A stretch of 64,000 nt of DNA, from contig NC_092680.1 in the NCBI RefSeq assembly GCF_964355755.1, forward strand, positions 12,152,001-12,216,000, written 5' to 3'. Both the position numbers and the translations under genes were made by a program. The stretch is from Antedon mediterranea (lineage: Eukaryota > Animalia > Echinodermata). Shown here piece by piece: positions 25,166-37,595 of this stretch (positions are counted from its first letter, which is position 1; each line of letters opens with the position of its first letter). Under the pieces are notes generated by a model. The model made no database searches. It was not told where the DNA came from and was given only the letters and a program-made list of their open reading frames with translations.

Positions 25166-28100
25166 AACCCACTGCTGAGAGCACTCAAACCTGAGCATTA
25201 CCCGTTACGCCACAAACCAGTAGATGACCGAGGAGCTGATAATAGTCTATTTATATGAAATGAATGATCAATCAATGAAAAATAATGTTATGCAACTTTG
25301 TTTCTGATTTTAAAAAAGGTCCACTTGTTTAGGCCTGACATTTACAACCATAACAATATCTCACTTTCAAAAACAATATTTATTTTCAATTAAAAAAAAA
25401 GAGAAAAAATATCCCTAGAGGTTCGAAACCACTATTGAGAGCACTCAAACCAGAGCATTACCCGTTACGCCACAAACCAGTAGATGACCGAAGCGATGAT
25501 AATAGTCTATTTATATGAATGGATGATCAATCAATGAAAAATAATGCTATGCAACTTTGTTTCTGATTTTAAAAAAGGTCCACTTGGTTAGGCCTGACAT
25601 TAACAACCCTCAAAATATCTCACTTTCAAAAACAATATTTATTTTCAATTAAAAAAAAAAATTAAAAATTTCCCAAGAGGTTCAAACCCACTACTGAGAG
25701 AACTCAACATTTACAACTATAACAATATCTCACTTTCAAAAACAATATTTATTTTCAAATAAAAAAAAAGGAAAAAAATACCGCTAGAAGTTCGAACCCA
25801 CTATTGAAATCACTCAAACCTGAGCATTACCCGTTACGCCGCAAACCAATAGATGACTGAAGAGCTGATAATAGTCTATTTATATGAAATAGATGGTCAA
25901 TCAATGAAAAATAATGCCATGCAACTTTGTTTCTGATATTAAAAAAGGTTCACTTGTTTAGGCCTGACAGTTGCAACCCTCAAAATATCTCACTTTCAAA
26001 AACAATATTTATTTTCAATACAAAAAAAAGAAAAAAAATACCTGTATAGGTTCGAACCCACTGCTGAGAGCACTCAAACCTGAGCATTACCCGTTACGCC
26101 ACAAACCAGTAGATGACTGAAGAGCTCATAATAGTCTATTTATATGAAATGAATGATCAATCAATGAAAAATAATGCCATGCAACTTTGTTTCTGATTGA
26201 AAAAAATGTCCACTTGTTTAGGCCTGACATTTACAACCCTCAAAATATCTCACTTTCAAAAACCATATTTATTTCAATTTTAAAAAAAAGAGAAAAAATA
26301 TCCCTAGAGGTTCGAACCCCTACTCAGAGCACTCAAACCTGAGCATTACCGGTTACGCCACAGACCAGTAGATGACCAAAGAGCAGATAATAGTGTATAT
26401 ATATGAAATGAATGATCAATCAATGAAAAATAATGCCATGCAACTTTGTTTCTGATTTTAAAAAAGATCCATTTGTTTAGGCCTGACATTTACAACCTTC
26501 AAAATATCTCATTTTCAAAAAAAAATATTTATTTTCAATAAAAAAAAAAAGAGAAAAAATATCCCTAGAGGTTCGAAACCACTATTGAGAGCACTCAAAC
26601 CTGAGCATTACCCGTTACGCCACAAACCAGAAGATGACTGAAGAGCTGATAATAGTCTATTTATATGAATGGATGATCAATAAATGAAAAATAATGCTAT
26701 GCAACTTTATTTCTGATTTTTAAAAAGGTCGACTTGGTTTGGCATGACATTTACAACCATAAAAATATCTGACTATCAAAAACAAAATTTATTTTCAATT
26801 AAAAAAAAAAAGAAGACATTTTCCTAGAGGTTCGAACCGACTACTGAGAGAACTCAAACCTGAGCATTACCGGTTACGCCACAACCCAGTAGATGAGTGA
26901 AGAGCTGATAATAGTCTATTTATATGAAATGAATCATCAATCAATGAAAAATAATGTTATGCAACTTTGTTTCTGATTTTAAAAAAGGTCCACTTGTTTA
27001 GGCCTGACATTTACAACCATAACAATATCTCACTTTCAAAAACAATATTTATTTTTAATTAAAAAAAAAAGAGAAAAAATATCCCTAGAGGTTCGAAACC
27101 ACTATTGAGAGCACTCAAACCTGAGCATTACCCGTTACGCCACAAACCAGTAGATGACCGAAGCGATGATAATAGTCTATTTATATGAATGGATGATCAA
27201 TCAATGAAAAATAATGCTATGCAACTTTGTTTCTGATTTTAAAAAAGGTCCACTTGGTTAGGCCTGACATTAACAACCCTCAAAATATCTCACTTTCAAA
27301 AACAATATTTATTTTCAATTAAAAAAAAAAATAAAAAATTTCCCAAGAGGTTCAAAACCACTACTGAGAGAACTCAAAATTTACAACTATAAAAAAATTT
27401 CACTTTCAAAAACAATATTTATTTTCAAATAAAAAAAAAAAGAAAAAAAATATCCGTAGAAGTTCGAACCCACTATTGAAATCACTCAAACCTGAGCATT
27501 ACCCGTTACGCCGCAAACCAGTAGATGACTGAAGAGCTGATAATACTCTATTTATATGAAATGAATGATCAATCAATGAAAAATAATGCCAAGCAACTTT
27601 GTTTCTGATTTTAAAAAAGGTCCACTTCTTTAGGCCTGACATTTACAACCCTCAAAATATCTCATTTAAAAAAAAAATATTTATTTTCAATTAAAAAAAA
27701 AAGAAAAAAGAAATATCCCTAGAGGTTCGAACCCACTACTGAGAGCACTCAGACCTGAGTATTACCCGTTACGCCACAAACCAGTAGATGACCGAGGAGC
27801 TGATAATAGTCTATTTATATGAAATGAATGATCAATCAATGAAAAATAATGTTATGCAACTTTGTTTCTGATTTTAAAAAAGGTCCACTTGTTTAGGCCT
27901 GACATTTACAACCATAACAATATCTCACTTTCAAAAACAATATTTATTTTCAATTAAAAAAAAAAGAGAAAAAATATCCCTAGAGGTTCGAAACCACTAT
28001 TGAGAGCACTCAAACCTGAGCATTACCCGTTACGCCACAAACCAATAGATGACCGAAGAGATGATAATAGTCTAGTTATATGAATGGATGATCAATCAAT

Positions 28101-31100
28101 GAAAAATAATGCTATGCAACTTTGTTTCTGATTTTAAAAAAGGTCCACTTGGTTAGGCCTGACATTTACAACCCTCAAAATATCTCACTTTCAAAAACAA
28201 TATTTTTTTCAATTAAAAAAAAAAATAAAAAATTTCCCAAGAGGTTCAAACCCACTACTGAGAGAACTCAACATTTACAACTATAACAATATCTCACTTT
28301 CAAAAACAATATTTATTTTCAAATAAAAAAAAAAGAAAAAAAAATACCGCTAGAAGTTTGAACCCACTATTGAAATCACTCAAACCTGAGCATTACCCGT
28401 TACGTCGCAAACCAGTAGATGACTGAAGAGCTGATAATAGTCTATTTATATGAAATAGATGGTCAATCAATGAAAAACAATGCCATGCAACTTTGTTTCT
28501 GATTTTAAAAAAGGTTCACTTGTTTAGGCCTGACAGTTTCAACCCTCAAAATATCTCACTTTCAAAAACAATATTTATTTTCAATGAAAAAAAAAAGAAA
28601 AAAAATACCACTATATGTTCGATCCCACTGCTGAGATCTCTCAAACCTGAGAATTACCCGTTACGCCACAAACCAGTAGATGCCTGAAGAGCTGATAATA
28701 GTCTATTTATATGAAATGAATGATCAATCAATGAAAAATAAGGCCATGCAACTTTGTTTCTGATTGAAAAAAAGATCCGTTTGTTTAGGCCTGACATTTA
28801 CAACCCTCAAAATATCTCATTTTTAAAAAAAAATATTCATTTTCAATAAGAAAAAAAAATGCAATATCCTTACAGGTTGGAACCCGCAACTGAGAGCACT
28901 CGAACCTGGGTATTACCCGTTACGCCACAAACCAGTAGGTGACTGAAGAGCTGATAATTTGAAATTAATGATCAATCAATGAAAAATAATGCCATGCAAC
29001 TTTGTTTCTGATTTAAAAAAAAAGGTCCACTTCTTTAGGCCTGACATCTACAACCCTCAAAATATCTCATTTAAAAAAAAAAAATTTATTTTCAAATAAA
29101 GAAAAAAGTAAAAAGAAATATCCCTAGAGGTTCGAACCCACTACCTGAGTATTACCCGTTACGCCACAAACCAGTAGATGACCGTGGAGCTGATAATAGT
29201 CTATTTATATGAAATGAATGATCAATCAATGAAAAATAATGTTATGCAACTTTGTTTCTGATTTTAAAAAAGGTCCACTTATTTAGGCCTGACATTTACA
29301 ACCATAACAATATCTCACTTTCAAAAACAATATTTATTTTCAATTAAAAAAAAAAAGAGAAAAAATATCCCTAGAGGTTCGAAACCACTATTGAGAGCAC
29401 TCAAACCTGAGCATTACCCGTTACGCCACAAACCAGTAGATGACTGAAGAGATGATAATAGTCTATTTATATGAATGGATGATCAATCAATGAAAAATAA
29501 TGCTATGCAACTTTGTTTCTTATTTTAAAAAAGGTCCACTTGGTTAGGCCTGACATTTACAACCCTCAAAATATCTCACTTTCAAAAACAATATTTATTT
29601 TCAATTAAAAAAAAATAAAAGATGCCTGAAGACATCATAATAGTCTATTTATATGAAATGAATGATCAATCAATGTAAAATGATGTTATGCAACTTTGTT
29701 TCTGATTTTAAAAAAGGTCCACTTGTTTAGGCCTGACATTTACAACTATAACAATATCTCACTTTCAAAAACAATATTTATTTTCAAATAAAAAAAAAAG
29801 AGAACAAATTTCCCTAGAGGTTCATAACCACTATTGAGAGCACTCAAACCTGAGCATTACCCGTTACGCCACAAACCAGTAGATGACTAAAGAGCTGATA
29901 AAATTCTATTTATATGAATGGATGATCAATCAATGAAAAATAATGCTATGCAACTTTATTTCTGATTTTTAAAAAGGTCGACTTGATTAGGCATGACATT
30001 TACAACCATAAAAATATCTCACTATCAAAAACAATATTTATTTTCAATTAAAAAAAAAGAAAAAAGAAATATTCCTAGAGGTTAGAACCCACTACTGAGA
30101 GCACTTAGACCTGAGTATTACCCGTTACGCCACAAACCAGTAGATGACTGAAGGGCTGATAATAGTCTATTTATATGAAATGAATGATCAATCAATGAAA
30201 AATAATGCCATGCAACTTTGTTTCTGATTGAAAAAAAGATCCGTTTGTTTAGGCCTGACATTTACAACCCTCAAAATATCTCATTTTCAAAAAAAATATT
30301 TATTTTCAATAAGAAAAAAAAAAGCAATATCCCTAGAGGTTGGATTCCGCTATTGAGAGCACTCGAACCTCGGTATTACCCGTTACGCCACAAACCAGTA
30401 GATGACTGAAGCGCTGATAATATGAAATTAATGATCAATCAATGAAAAATAATGCCATGCAACTTTGTTTCTGATTTTAAAAAAGGTCCACTTCTTTAGG
30501 CCTGACATTTACAACCCGCAAAATATCTCACTTTCAAAAACAATATTTATTTTCAATTTAAAAAAAAAATAAATAAAAATATCCTTAGAGGTGCGAACCC
30601 ACTACTGCGAGCACTCAAACTTGACCATTACCCGCTACGCCACAAACCAGTAGATGACTGAAGAGCTGATAATACTCTATTTATATGAAATAAATAATTA
30701 ATCAATGTAAAATGATGTTATGCAACGTTGTTTCTGAATTTAAAAAAGGTCCTTTTCTTTAGGCCTGGCATTTACAAACCTCAAAATATCTCACTTTCAA
30801 AAACAATATTTATTTTCAATTAAAAAAAAAAAGAAAAAAATTATCCCAAGAGGTTCAAATCCACTACTGAGAGACCTCAAACCTGAGCATTACCGGTTAC
30901 GCCACAAACCAGTAGATGCCTGAAGAGATCATAATAGTCTATTTATATGAAATGAATGATCAATCAATGTAAAATGATGTTATGCAACTTTGTTTCTGAT
31001 TTTAAAAAAGGTCCACTTGGTTAGGCATGACATTTACAACCATAAAAATATCTCACTTTCAAAAACAATATTTATTTTCAATTAAAAAAAAATGAAAAAA

Positions 31101-31135
31101 AATACCCGTATAGGTTCGAACCCACTGCTGAGAGC
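25166..31135. repeat. Satellite A, block 3 (~23 monomers)
   Basis: Same monomer resumes at aacccactgctgagagc; recurrent internal deletion variants. Confidence 0.97.
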
Positions 31136-31137
31136 AG

Positions 31138-32379
31138 TGAGAATTTCGATAAAACTTTTTACACAAAAACATCAAAGTGCACAAAATAGCTTAATATAGT
31201 ATTTGAAAACGTTTTAGACCATTTTGAACATTTCGACAAAAATTTTTCACACTAAACATCAAAGTGTACAGAATAGCTTTAAATCGCATTTGGATACGTT
31301 TTAGACTATTTTGTGCATTTCGAAAAACTTGTTAACATAAAAAAAATTCTGTACACTTTGATGTTTTGTGTGAAAAAGTTTTGTCGAAATGCTCAAAATG
31401 GTCCAAAACGTTTTTAAATACGATATTAAGCTATTTTGTGCTCTTTGATGTTTTTGTGTGAAAAGTTTTATCGAAATGCTCAAAATGGTCTAAAACGGTT
31501 TCTAATTTGATTTTAAGCACTTTGATGTTTTTGTGTAACCAAGTTTCATCGAAATGCACAAAATGGTCTAAAACGTCTCCAAATGCGATTTGAAGCTATT
31601 CTAAGCACTTTTGTGTTTTTGTGTTAACAAGTTTTTTCGAAAATCACAAAATTGTCTAAAACGTCTTCAAATGCGATTTGAAGCTATTCTGTACACTTTC
31701 ATGTTTTGTGTGAACACGTTTTGTCGAAATGCTCAAAATGGTGTAAAAAGTTTTTAAATACGATTTGAAGCTACTCTTAGCACTTGGTGTTTTTGTGTGA
31801 AAAGTTGTATTGAAATGCTCAAAATGGTCTAAAACGGTTTCTAATGTGATTTTAAGCATTTTGATGTTTTTATGTAACCAAGTTTCATCGAAATGCACAA
31901 TATGGTATAAAACGTCTCCAAATGCGATTTGAAGCTATTCTTAACACTTTGGTGTTTTTATGTTAACAAGTTTTTTTCGAAAATCACAAAATGGTCTAAA
32001 ACGTCTCCAAATGCGATTTGAAGCTATTCTGTACACTTTGATGTTTTGTGTGAAAAAAATTTGTCGAAATTCTCAAAAAATGTCTAAAACGTTTTCAAAT
32101 ACGATATTAAGCTATTTTGTGCACTTTGATGTTTTTGTGTGAAAAGTTTTATCAAAATGCTCAAAATGGTCTAAACGGTTTCAAATGTGATTTTAAGCAC
32201 TTTGATGTTTTTGTGTACCCAAGTTTCATCGAAATGCACAAAATGCTCTAAAACGTCTCCAAATGCGATTTGAAGCTATTCTTAGCACTTTGGTGTTTTT
32301 ATGTTAACAAGTTTTTTCGAAAATCACAAAATGGTCTGAAACGTCTCCAAATGCTATTTGAAGCTATTCTTAGCACTTT
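31138..32379. repeat. Satellite B (~88/78-bp monomers), orientation switch at ~31343
   Basis: Repeating acgttttagaccattttg..tttcg / caaaatggtctaaaacgt motifs with A-tracts. Confidence 0.95.
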
Positions 32380-33810
32380 TTTTTTATCTTATGTGGGTTC
32401 ATCCCACTTTTATTTCCATACAACTGTTCTCTTTACATATATTTTTCGCTATACACTATACATATCATTATATTTACAATGTTTGTTTAATCATCTGTTT
32501 ACATATACTTATTTAAAGAGTTTTATTCATTTGTTTACATATTATCACATTGATTACTGTATAGCTTCCTCTTTTTATACATATTATCTGTAACACATTT
32601 TCATTAACAAGCTTTTTTTTTCTTACATAGTTGTTTTCGTTTTTTTCATATACCACATTTTCATTTAACAATGCATATTCTCTGTTATACTCATTACTTA
32701 CTAAATGTTTACTGTTAACATAATATTGTTCTCATCCTTTAACATTAATATTAATATTTTGGTTCTTTAATGTTTACAAAACTTTTATTTCCAGCAGATT
32801 ATCCTTTTTTTTTGCATCTATAACTTCTTAAATTTTCATTTAACCTTTTTACTTTCTTCTCTTATGTGTATTCATTCCACTTTTTTTTTACTTATTTTCT
32901 TTAAAAAACTATTTCCATATATTATTTTGTTTATACATACATTATCATGTAACCACACTGATTACATAGTTTCCTCTTTTTATACATATTATCTATAACA
33001 CATTTTTATTAACAAAGCTTCTTTTTTCTTACATAGTTGTTTTGTTTTTTTTTCATCTACATGCATATTTATTTCATACAATTATAATACGTTTATGTTT
33101 AATAAATCCATCCCATGGGTTTGTCCCATTTTATTTTTCTTTGGATTCATCTATGCAAACATATTTTCCATTAAACAATGCATATTCTCTGTTATTACTA
33201 ATTACTTACTAACGTTTTACTGTTAACATTATATTTTCCTCATCCTTTAATATTGATTTTTTTGATCTTTAAATGTTTACAAAATTTATTTCCAACAGAT
33301 TATTCTTTTTTGCATCTACAGTATAACCCATCAAAGTTTCATTTAACTTTTTTTTCTTATATGGGTTCAATCAATTTTTTTTTTTACTTATTATTTATTC
33401 TATTATTTTTTTATACATACATTATCATTTAACAACATTTATGTTTAATGATCCATTAAAAAAAGTCGACATTTTTTTTCCTTTTTAACAATTTTATCAT
33501 TTCAAAATTCCACATGCAGTAAGAATGTGCATATTACATATATATACCTATATGAAAGCTTTGATGAATACACTTCACCACTTATACCCAAACCTTCTTA
33601 TCCTTCATCATTTTTTTATCATCAATCTATAAAAAGCTTTTCACATTTTGTCTTTTTGTTTTCAAATCATCAAGGTATACATATTTACAAAACATACAAT
33701 ATAGTAGCAAAAAAAACAAAAAAAAAACATAATAGATTCATCATTCATGGTATCTAATTTACATATTTTCTTCCTTAATCTGTTTGAGCATATACAGTAT
33801 ACCTGCAGAT

Positions 33811-34494
33811 TTACATATTTCTTATCTTTTTTTCAGATTTAAACATTTGTAGGAGATTGATTTTTTTTTCTTTTTCCAATAAACTTAATATCTTTACTTT
33901 ATAAATACAAAATTCTCCTAAAGTGTATAATTTATTTACGTAATTATTGTCAGTTTCAAATAAAAGTCTTTTAAAAGAAAAAACAGGAATATGTATGCTT
34001 ACTGCTCTAATTATTTCGTTTATCTCTCTCCATAAACATTTTACTGTTATGCACTCTACTAACATATGTTTATCATTCTCAATAACATTGCATGTGTCAC
34101 AAAATGGGGAATTTACAAGTCTCCACCTATGTAGTCTTTCATTTGTTGGCAATATTCTGTGCAACAATTTAAAATTAAAATGTGCCAGTTTTTTTTCTTT
34201 AAGACCAGAAACTTTCTTAACCAATATTTTTTCCATGGCATATTACCAAATATGCCGTAGGTGTAATATCTTGATCCTCTATTATGAATCTATATAATTG
34301 TCTAGACGTCATATTTAAGGCCTTATTGTTTGTAATAGGTATATCATTTACATTAATGTCATGTGTTGATTTTAAAATACATTTCCATTCTTTTGGAATG
34401 GCTTTCAATATACAAGAATATTCACTGATCCAATTTTGTGTACATCTTAACCTTCCTTTTATCTCTATCGCAGGCTTAAACACATTATTATTTA
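33811..34494 (-). pseudogene. LINE ORF2 C-terminus (zf-RVT)
   Basis: FNFKLLHRILPTNERL...CDTCNVIENDKHMLVEC; separated from the RT part by the Helitron/Penelope insertion. Confidence 0.88.
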
Positions 34495-36596
34495 CTAGAT
34501 GGTACGCTCGCTTCGCTCGCGTACCATCTAGGTCGTTCCCACAGATGGTTCTCGAATACACAGTAATTTCAGCGTAACAAAACTGGCGATTTCAAATGTA
34601 CGTACCGCAGGACTATAGGCCTATACATTGTCGTTTACAGAAACAAATAAATAGACACGATGATTTATGTAGTCAACTAAAATTAGCACCCTGGGAATTA
34701 CTTCCGAAGGAGAAACTTATCACAAAATGAGTCCAAGTTTTTGATTTGGACTCATTTAAAGAAACCCAATTTGTGTTTTGTATGTAACATTAGGGTTGAG
34801 GGATGGGAAAGCGGATAGGTACAAAGAGGAACAATTTTAAATATATTCTTTATCCACTCAGTAACGAAATATTTTTTTCATGTTTTATAGGCCTATAAAT
34901 AATATACCTCTAAATACAGTAAAACATTTGCGATTTAATACTTTTTTTATTTTATTTATTTATTTATTTCTTTTAAATATTCATTGTACACTAATTTTCC
35001 CCGTGTATGGCAAGAGATTCCTAATTATATTAGAGAACATTCTTTATTTAGTTTAGTTAAAACTGTCACTGTCATAATCGATTGAAATATTAAAGTACCA
35101 TGTCACGATACACCACTACGACGTTTATATTTGGTAACTATTAATTAATACAAACGTTGAGAAAGAACTGTCAGTATAAAGTTTATTTGTATATAATAAT
35201 GTGTTTATATATCTAACAGTAGAGCCTATCCACAATCTCGCAAGTTTATTCTCAAAGGGCCCATATATTTACCTACCGTATGTGTTAAACCAAGGGCTCA
35301 TAAATTTACCTACAGTACTTGTGTTAAACCAAACTCTGGCAGACTGAGAGATTGGGATGTTCCATTCATCGCAAATCAATAGATTTGTATAATCGTATAT
35401 TAAATCTATCAAAATAGTATTTTTAAAGAAAATCGGCCTGTCTTCAACATTATGATGGTGTACTCTAGCTGTTCAACCGGTTTTCAGCTATTAAAAACAA
35501 TTATCGTAGGAGGAGATAGGAAAATGCGAAGCCTCCTCGCATTTTTGTGGCGGGTATTTTTCAAGACGGACATCCATTATACAGTGTATACCACGGTCGG
35601 AAAACACCCCTATTTGGGGCAAATCTTGGAACCTAAATTCGTTTTAACCGTCAATAACTTATTATCTATATATAAATTTACGTAAGGGCAAAATTCGGTA
35701 AATCGCGCCTTACTTTTAGAATTTTTACTCGATGGTATGTAAAGTTGGTTCGTACTTTCGGTACTGATTTTAACCACCTGATGTAACCCTGTTTACTAAT
35801 TAAATTAAGTTAGATAATTAGTTATTGACGATTAAAACGAATTTAGGTTCAAAGATTTGCCCCAAATAGGGGTGTTTTCCGATCGTGGTATACACTGTCT
35901 AATGGATGTCCATCTTGAAAAATACCCGCCACAAAAATGCGAGGAGGCTTCGCATTTTTCTATCTCCTCCTACGATAATTGTTTTTAATAGCTGAAAACC
36001 GGTTGAACAGTTCGAGTACAGCATCATAATGTTGAAGACAGGCCGATTTTCTTTAAAAAATACTATTTTGATACATTTAATATACGTTTTTACAAATGTA
36101 TTGATTTGTGATGAATGGAACATTCCAAATTATTTGGTTTAACCATACAGGTATAGATTTAGATTTATGGGCCTCCTTGGAGAATAAACATAAATAGTAT
36201 TGCAATGCTGTACAATACTGTTAAGGTATTAACCACTTTTGATCGCAATTTGAATCGCAAATGTCTTACTGTGAGTGTTGGTACTGTTAGATGTAATATA
36301 AAAATATATACAAATAAACTTTATTACTGTGAGTGTGGGTAGGCCCTACTGTTAGATTATAAACATATAATATACAAATAAACATTTCAAATTATTTGGT
36401 TTAACCATAGAGGTATAGATTTAGATTTATGGGCCCCCTTGGAGAATCTAACTTAATTTAATTAGTAAACAGGGTTACATCAGGTGGTTAAAATCAGTAC
36501 CGAAAGTACGAACCAACTTTATATACCATCGAGTAAAAATTATAGAAGTAAGGCGCGATTTACCGAATTTTGCCCTTACGTAAATTTATATATAGA
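34495..36596 (-). mobile_element. Non-autonomous Helitron
   Basis: 5' TCTATATATAAA at 36596 and 3' hairpin ending CTAG at 34495. Inserted between A and T with no TSD; removing it together with the Penelope insert restores LINE codons DVINNNVF. Confidence 0.82.
35665..36446 (+). mobile_element. Second, 3'-truncated copy of the same Helitron family, in opposite orientation inside the first
   Basis: Starts A|TCTATATATAAATTTACG. 35665-35816 is the reverse complement of 36446-36596, and 35818-36125 of ~35355-35660. Confidence 0.7.
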
Positions 36597-36703
36597 TCAC
36601 ATCATATTCAGGTTGAAATTTTCAGACCGTTTGGATAGAGTGCTCAATACCAAGGTAGAGCATAAATAAATAAAATAACAGCAGAAAACTTGGTTACTTC
36701 ATT

Positions 36704-36776
36704 GTTTTAATCACTACAAATTTGTTTCGTACGACCAGCATGTAGCTGGCCGCACTCTTCAGGTGAAATATAAAAC
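36704..36776 (-). ncRNA. Type I hammerhead ribozyme (minimal, palindromic stem III)
   Basis: Minus strand: tttcac-CUGAAGA-gtgcggccagc/tacat/gctggtcgtac-GAAA-caaatttg-UA-gtga. Core intact, 11-bp stem II, and stem I extendable (gtttta/taaaac). Confidence 0.88.
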
Positions 36777-36850
36777 ATAAGTGACACAGTTGTCTCATAG
36801 TGCTTAATAGAAGTGAGTCATCGGGAAGTCGTATACAATAGCCTATTGTT

Positions 36851-37589
36851 TTAGATAAACTGTTTGGATCTGCAATTTAGTAAGACTTTTTTCCTATGTC
36901 TACAAGTAGAGACTAACTCGTTCTTACGGTTCAGTGAGCATAGCTCTGGTTGACATATAATAACATACTTTTCATATATACATAAATTACATCTTTTGTT
37001 AATATTTGAGTAAGGTTTGCATTTCTTTACAATTTTCCATTTAATTGAGTAATTTGTTTTAGAGTCTTTAAGTGTCCATATATATTTACTGAGTTCCGTT
37101 GCACTTCTTAGTTTTTCGTTCCGGAATGAAGACGTATGGTTTCTGTATCTAGTTTTAAACTGGTTTTCAGTTAGTCCGACATATGTTTCTTCTTTTGATG
37201 AATCTTCTCTCTTTACTGTAGCTTGGTAAACTACACCTTTTGTTAGGCAGTTACCTGGGAGCGGGCATTCATTGGGATTGCGGCAGTTACATCCGCTTGT
37301 TTTCGCGTTGGTTTCAGTAGACTTTTCTTTGGCTATCACATATTTGCTGTGTGCGTTAATTACTTTGTCTACGCTGGGCATGCAACTATAGCTTAGTTTC
37401 AAGGTATTTTTGTTAAATATTTTTCTGAGCTTGTTGCCGGCAGGAAAACAATCTTCTACTATAGCTAAAAACTTGTGGCCGATGTTGGTTGCTACGTTTT
37501 TGCTGAATGGTGGGTTAAACAAAATTATGTTTCTGGTACGTGATTTTTTGGGCTTCTGCTGTTCAGCATTGAACTCAAGTTGATGATTG
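36851..37589 (-). pseudogene. Penelope-like ORF C-terminus: linker plus GIY-YIG endonuclease
   Basis: RNIILFNPPFSKNVATNIG, CNCRNPNECPLPGNCL, VVYQA...YVGLTENQFKTRYRNH, CNLCIYEK, LNRKNELVSTCRH. Confidence 0.9.
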
Positions 37590-37595
37590 ATAGAT

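Larger units (their letters stand above)
36598..37589 (-). mobile_element. 5'-truncated Penelope-like element (Naiad-like GIY-YIG)
   Basis: Flanked by ATAGAT at 36592-36597 and 37590-37595; encodes a GIY-YIG region; hammerhead motif in the 3' pLTR. Confidence 0.88.

Noticed and set aside
805-30409. Repeated 61-65-aa ORFs (MFLILKKVH...)
   Set aside because: They start at TTG, and the frame changes with A-run length between monomers, so they are satellite artefacts.
1-31135. CRISPR-like array (conserved ~30-bp motif at regular spacing)
   Set aside because: The intervening sequences are homologous to each other, there are no cas genes, and the context is eukaryotic.
31123-31139. Hairpin CACTGCT-GAG-AGCAGTG at the satellite A/B junction as a snap-back repair scar
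   Set aside because: Only about three bases differ from the normal monomer, which is too little evidence.
34217-34561. 114-aa ORF as an independent gene
   Set aside because: It is a chimera of the Helitron 3' end and LINE ORF2 sequence.
36851-37522. Selenoprotein-type Naiad element
   Set aside because: The conserved cysteines in the retained ORF are ordinary Cys codons, with no in-frame TGA.
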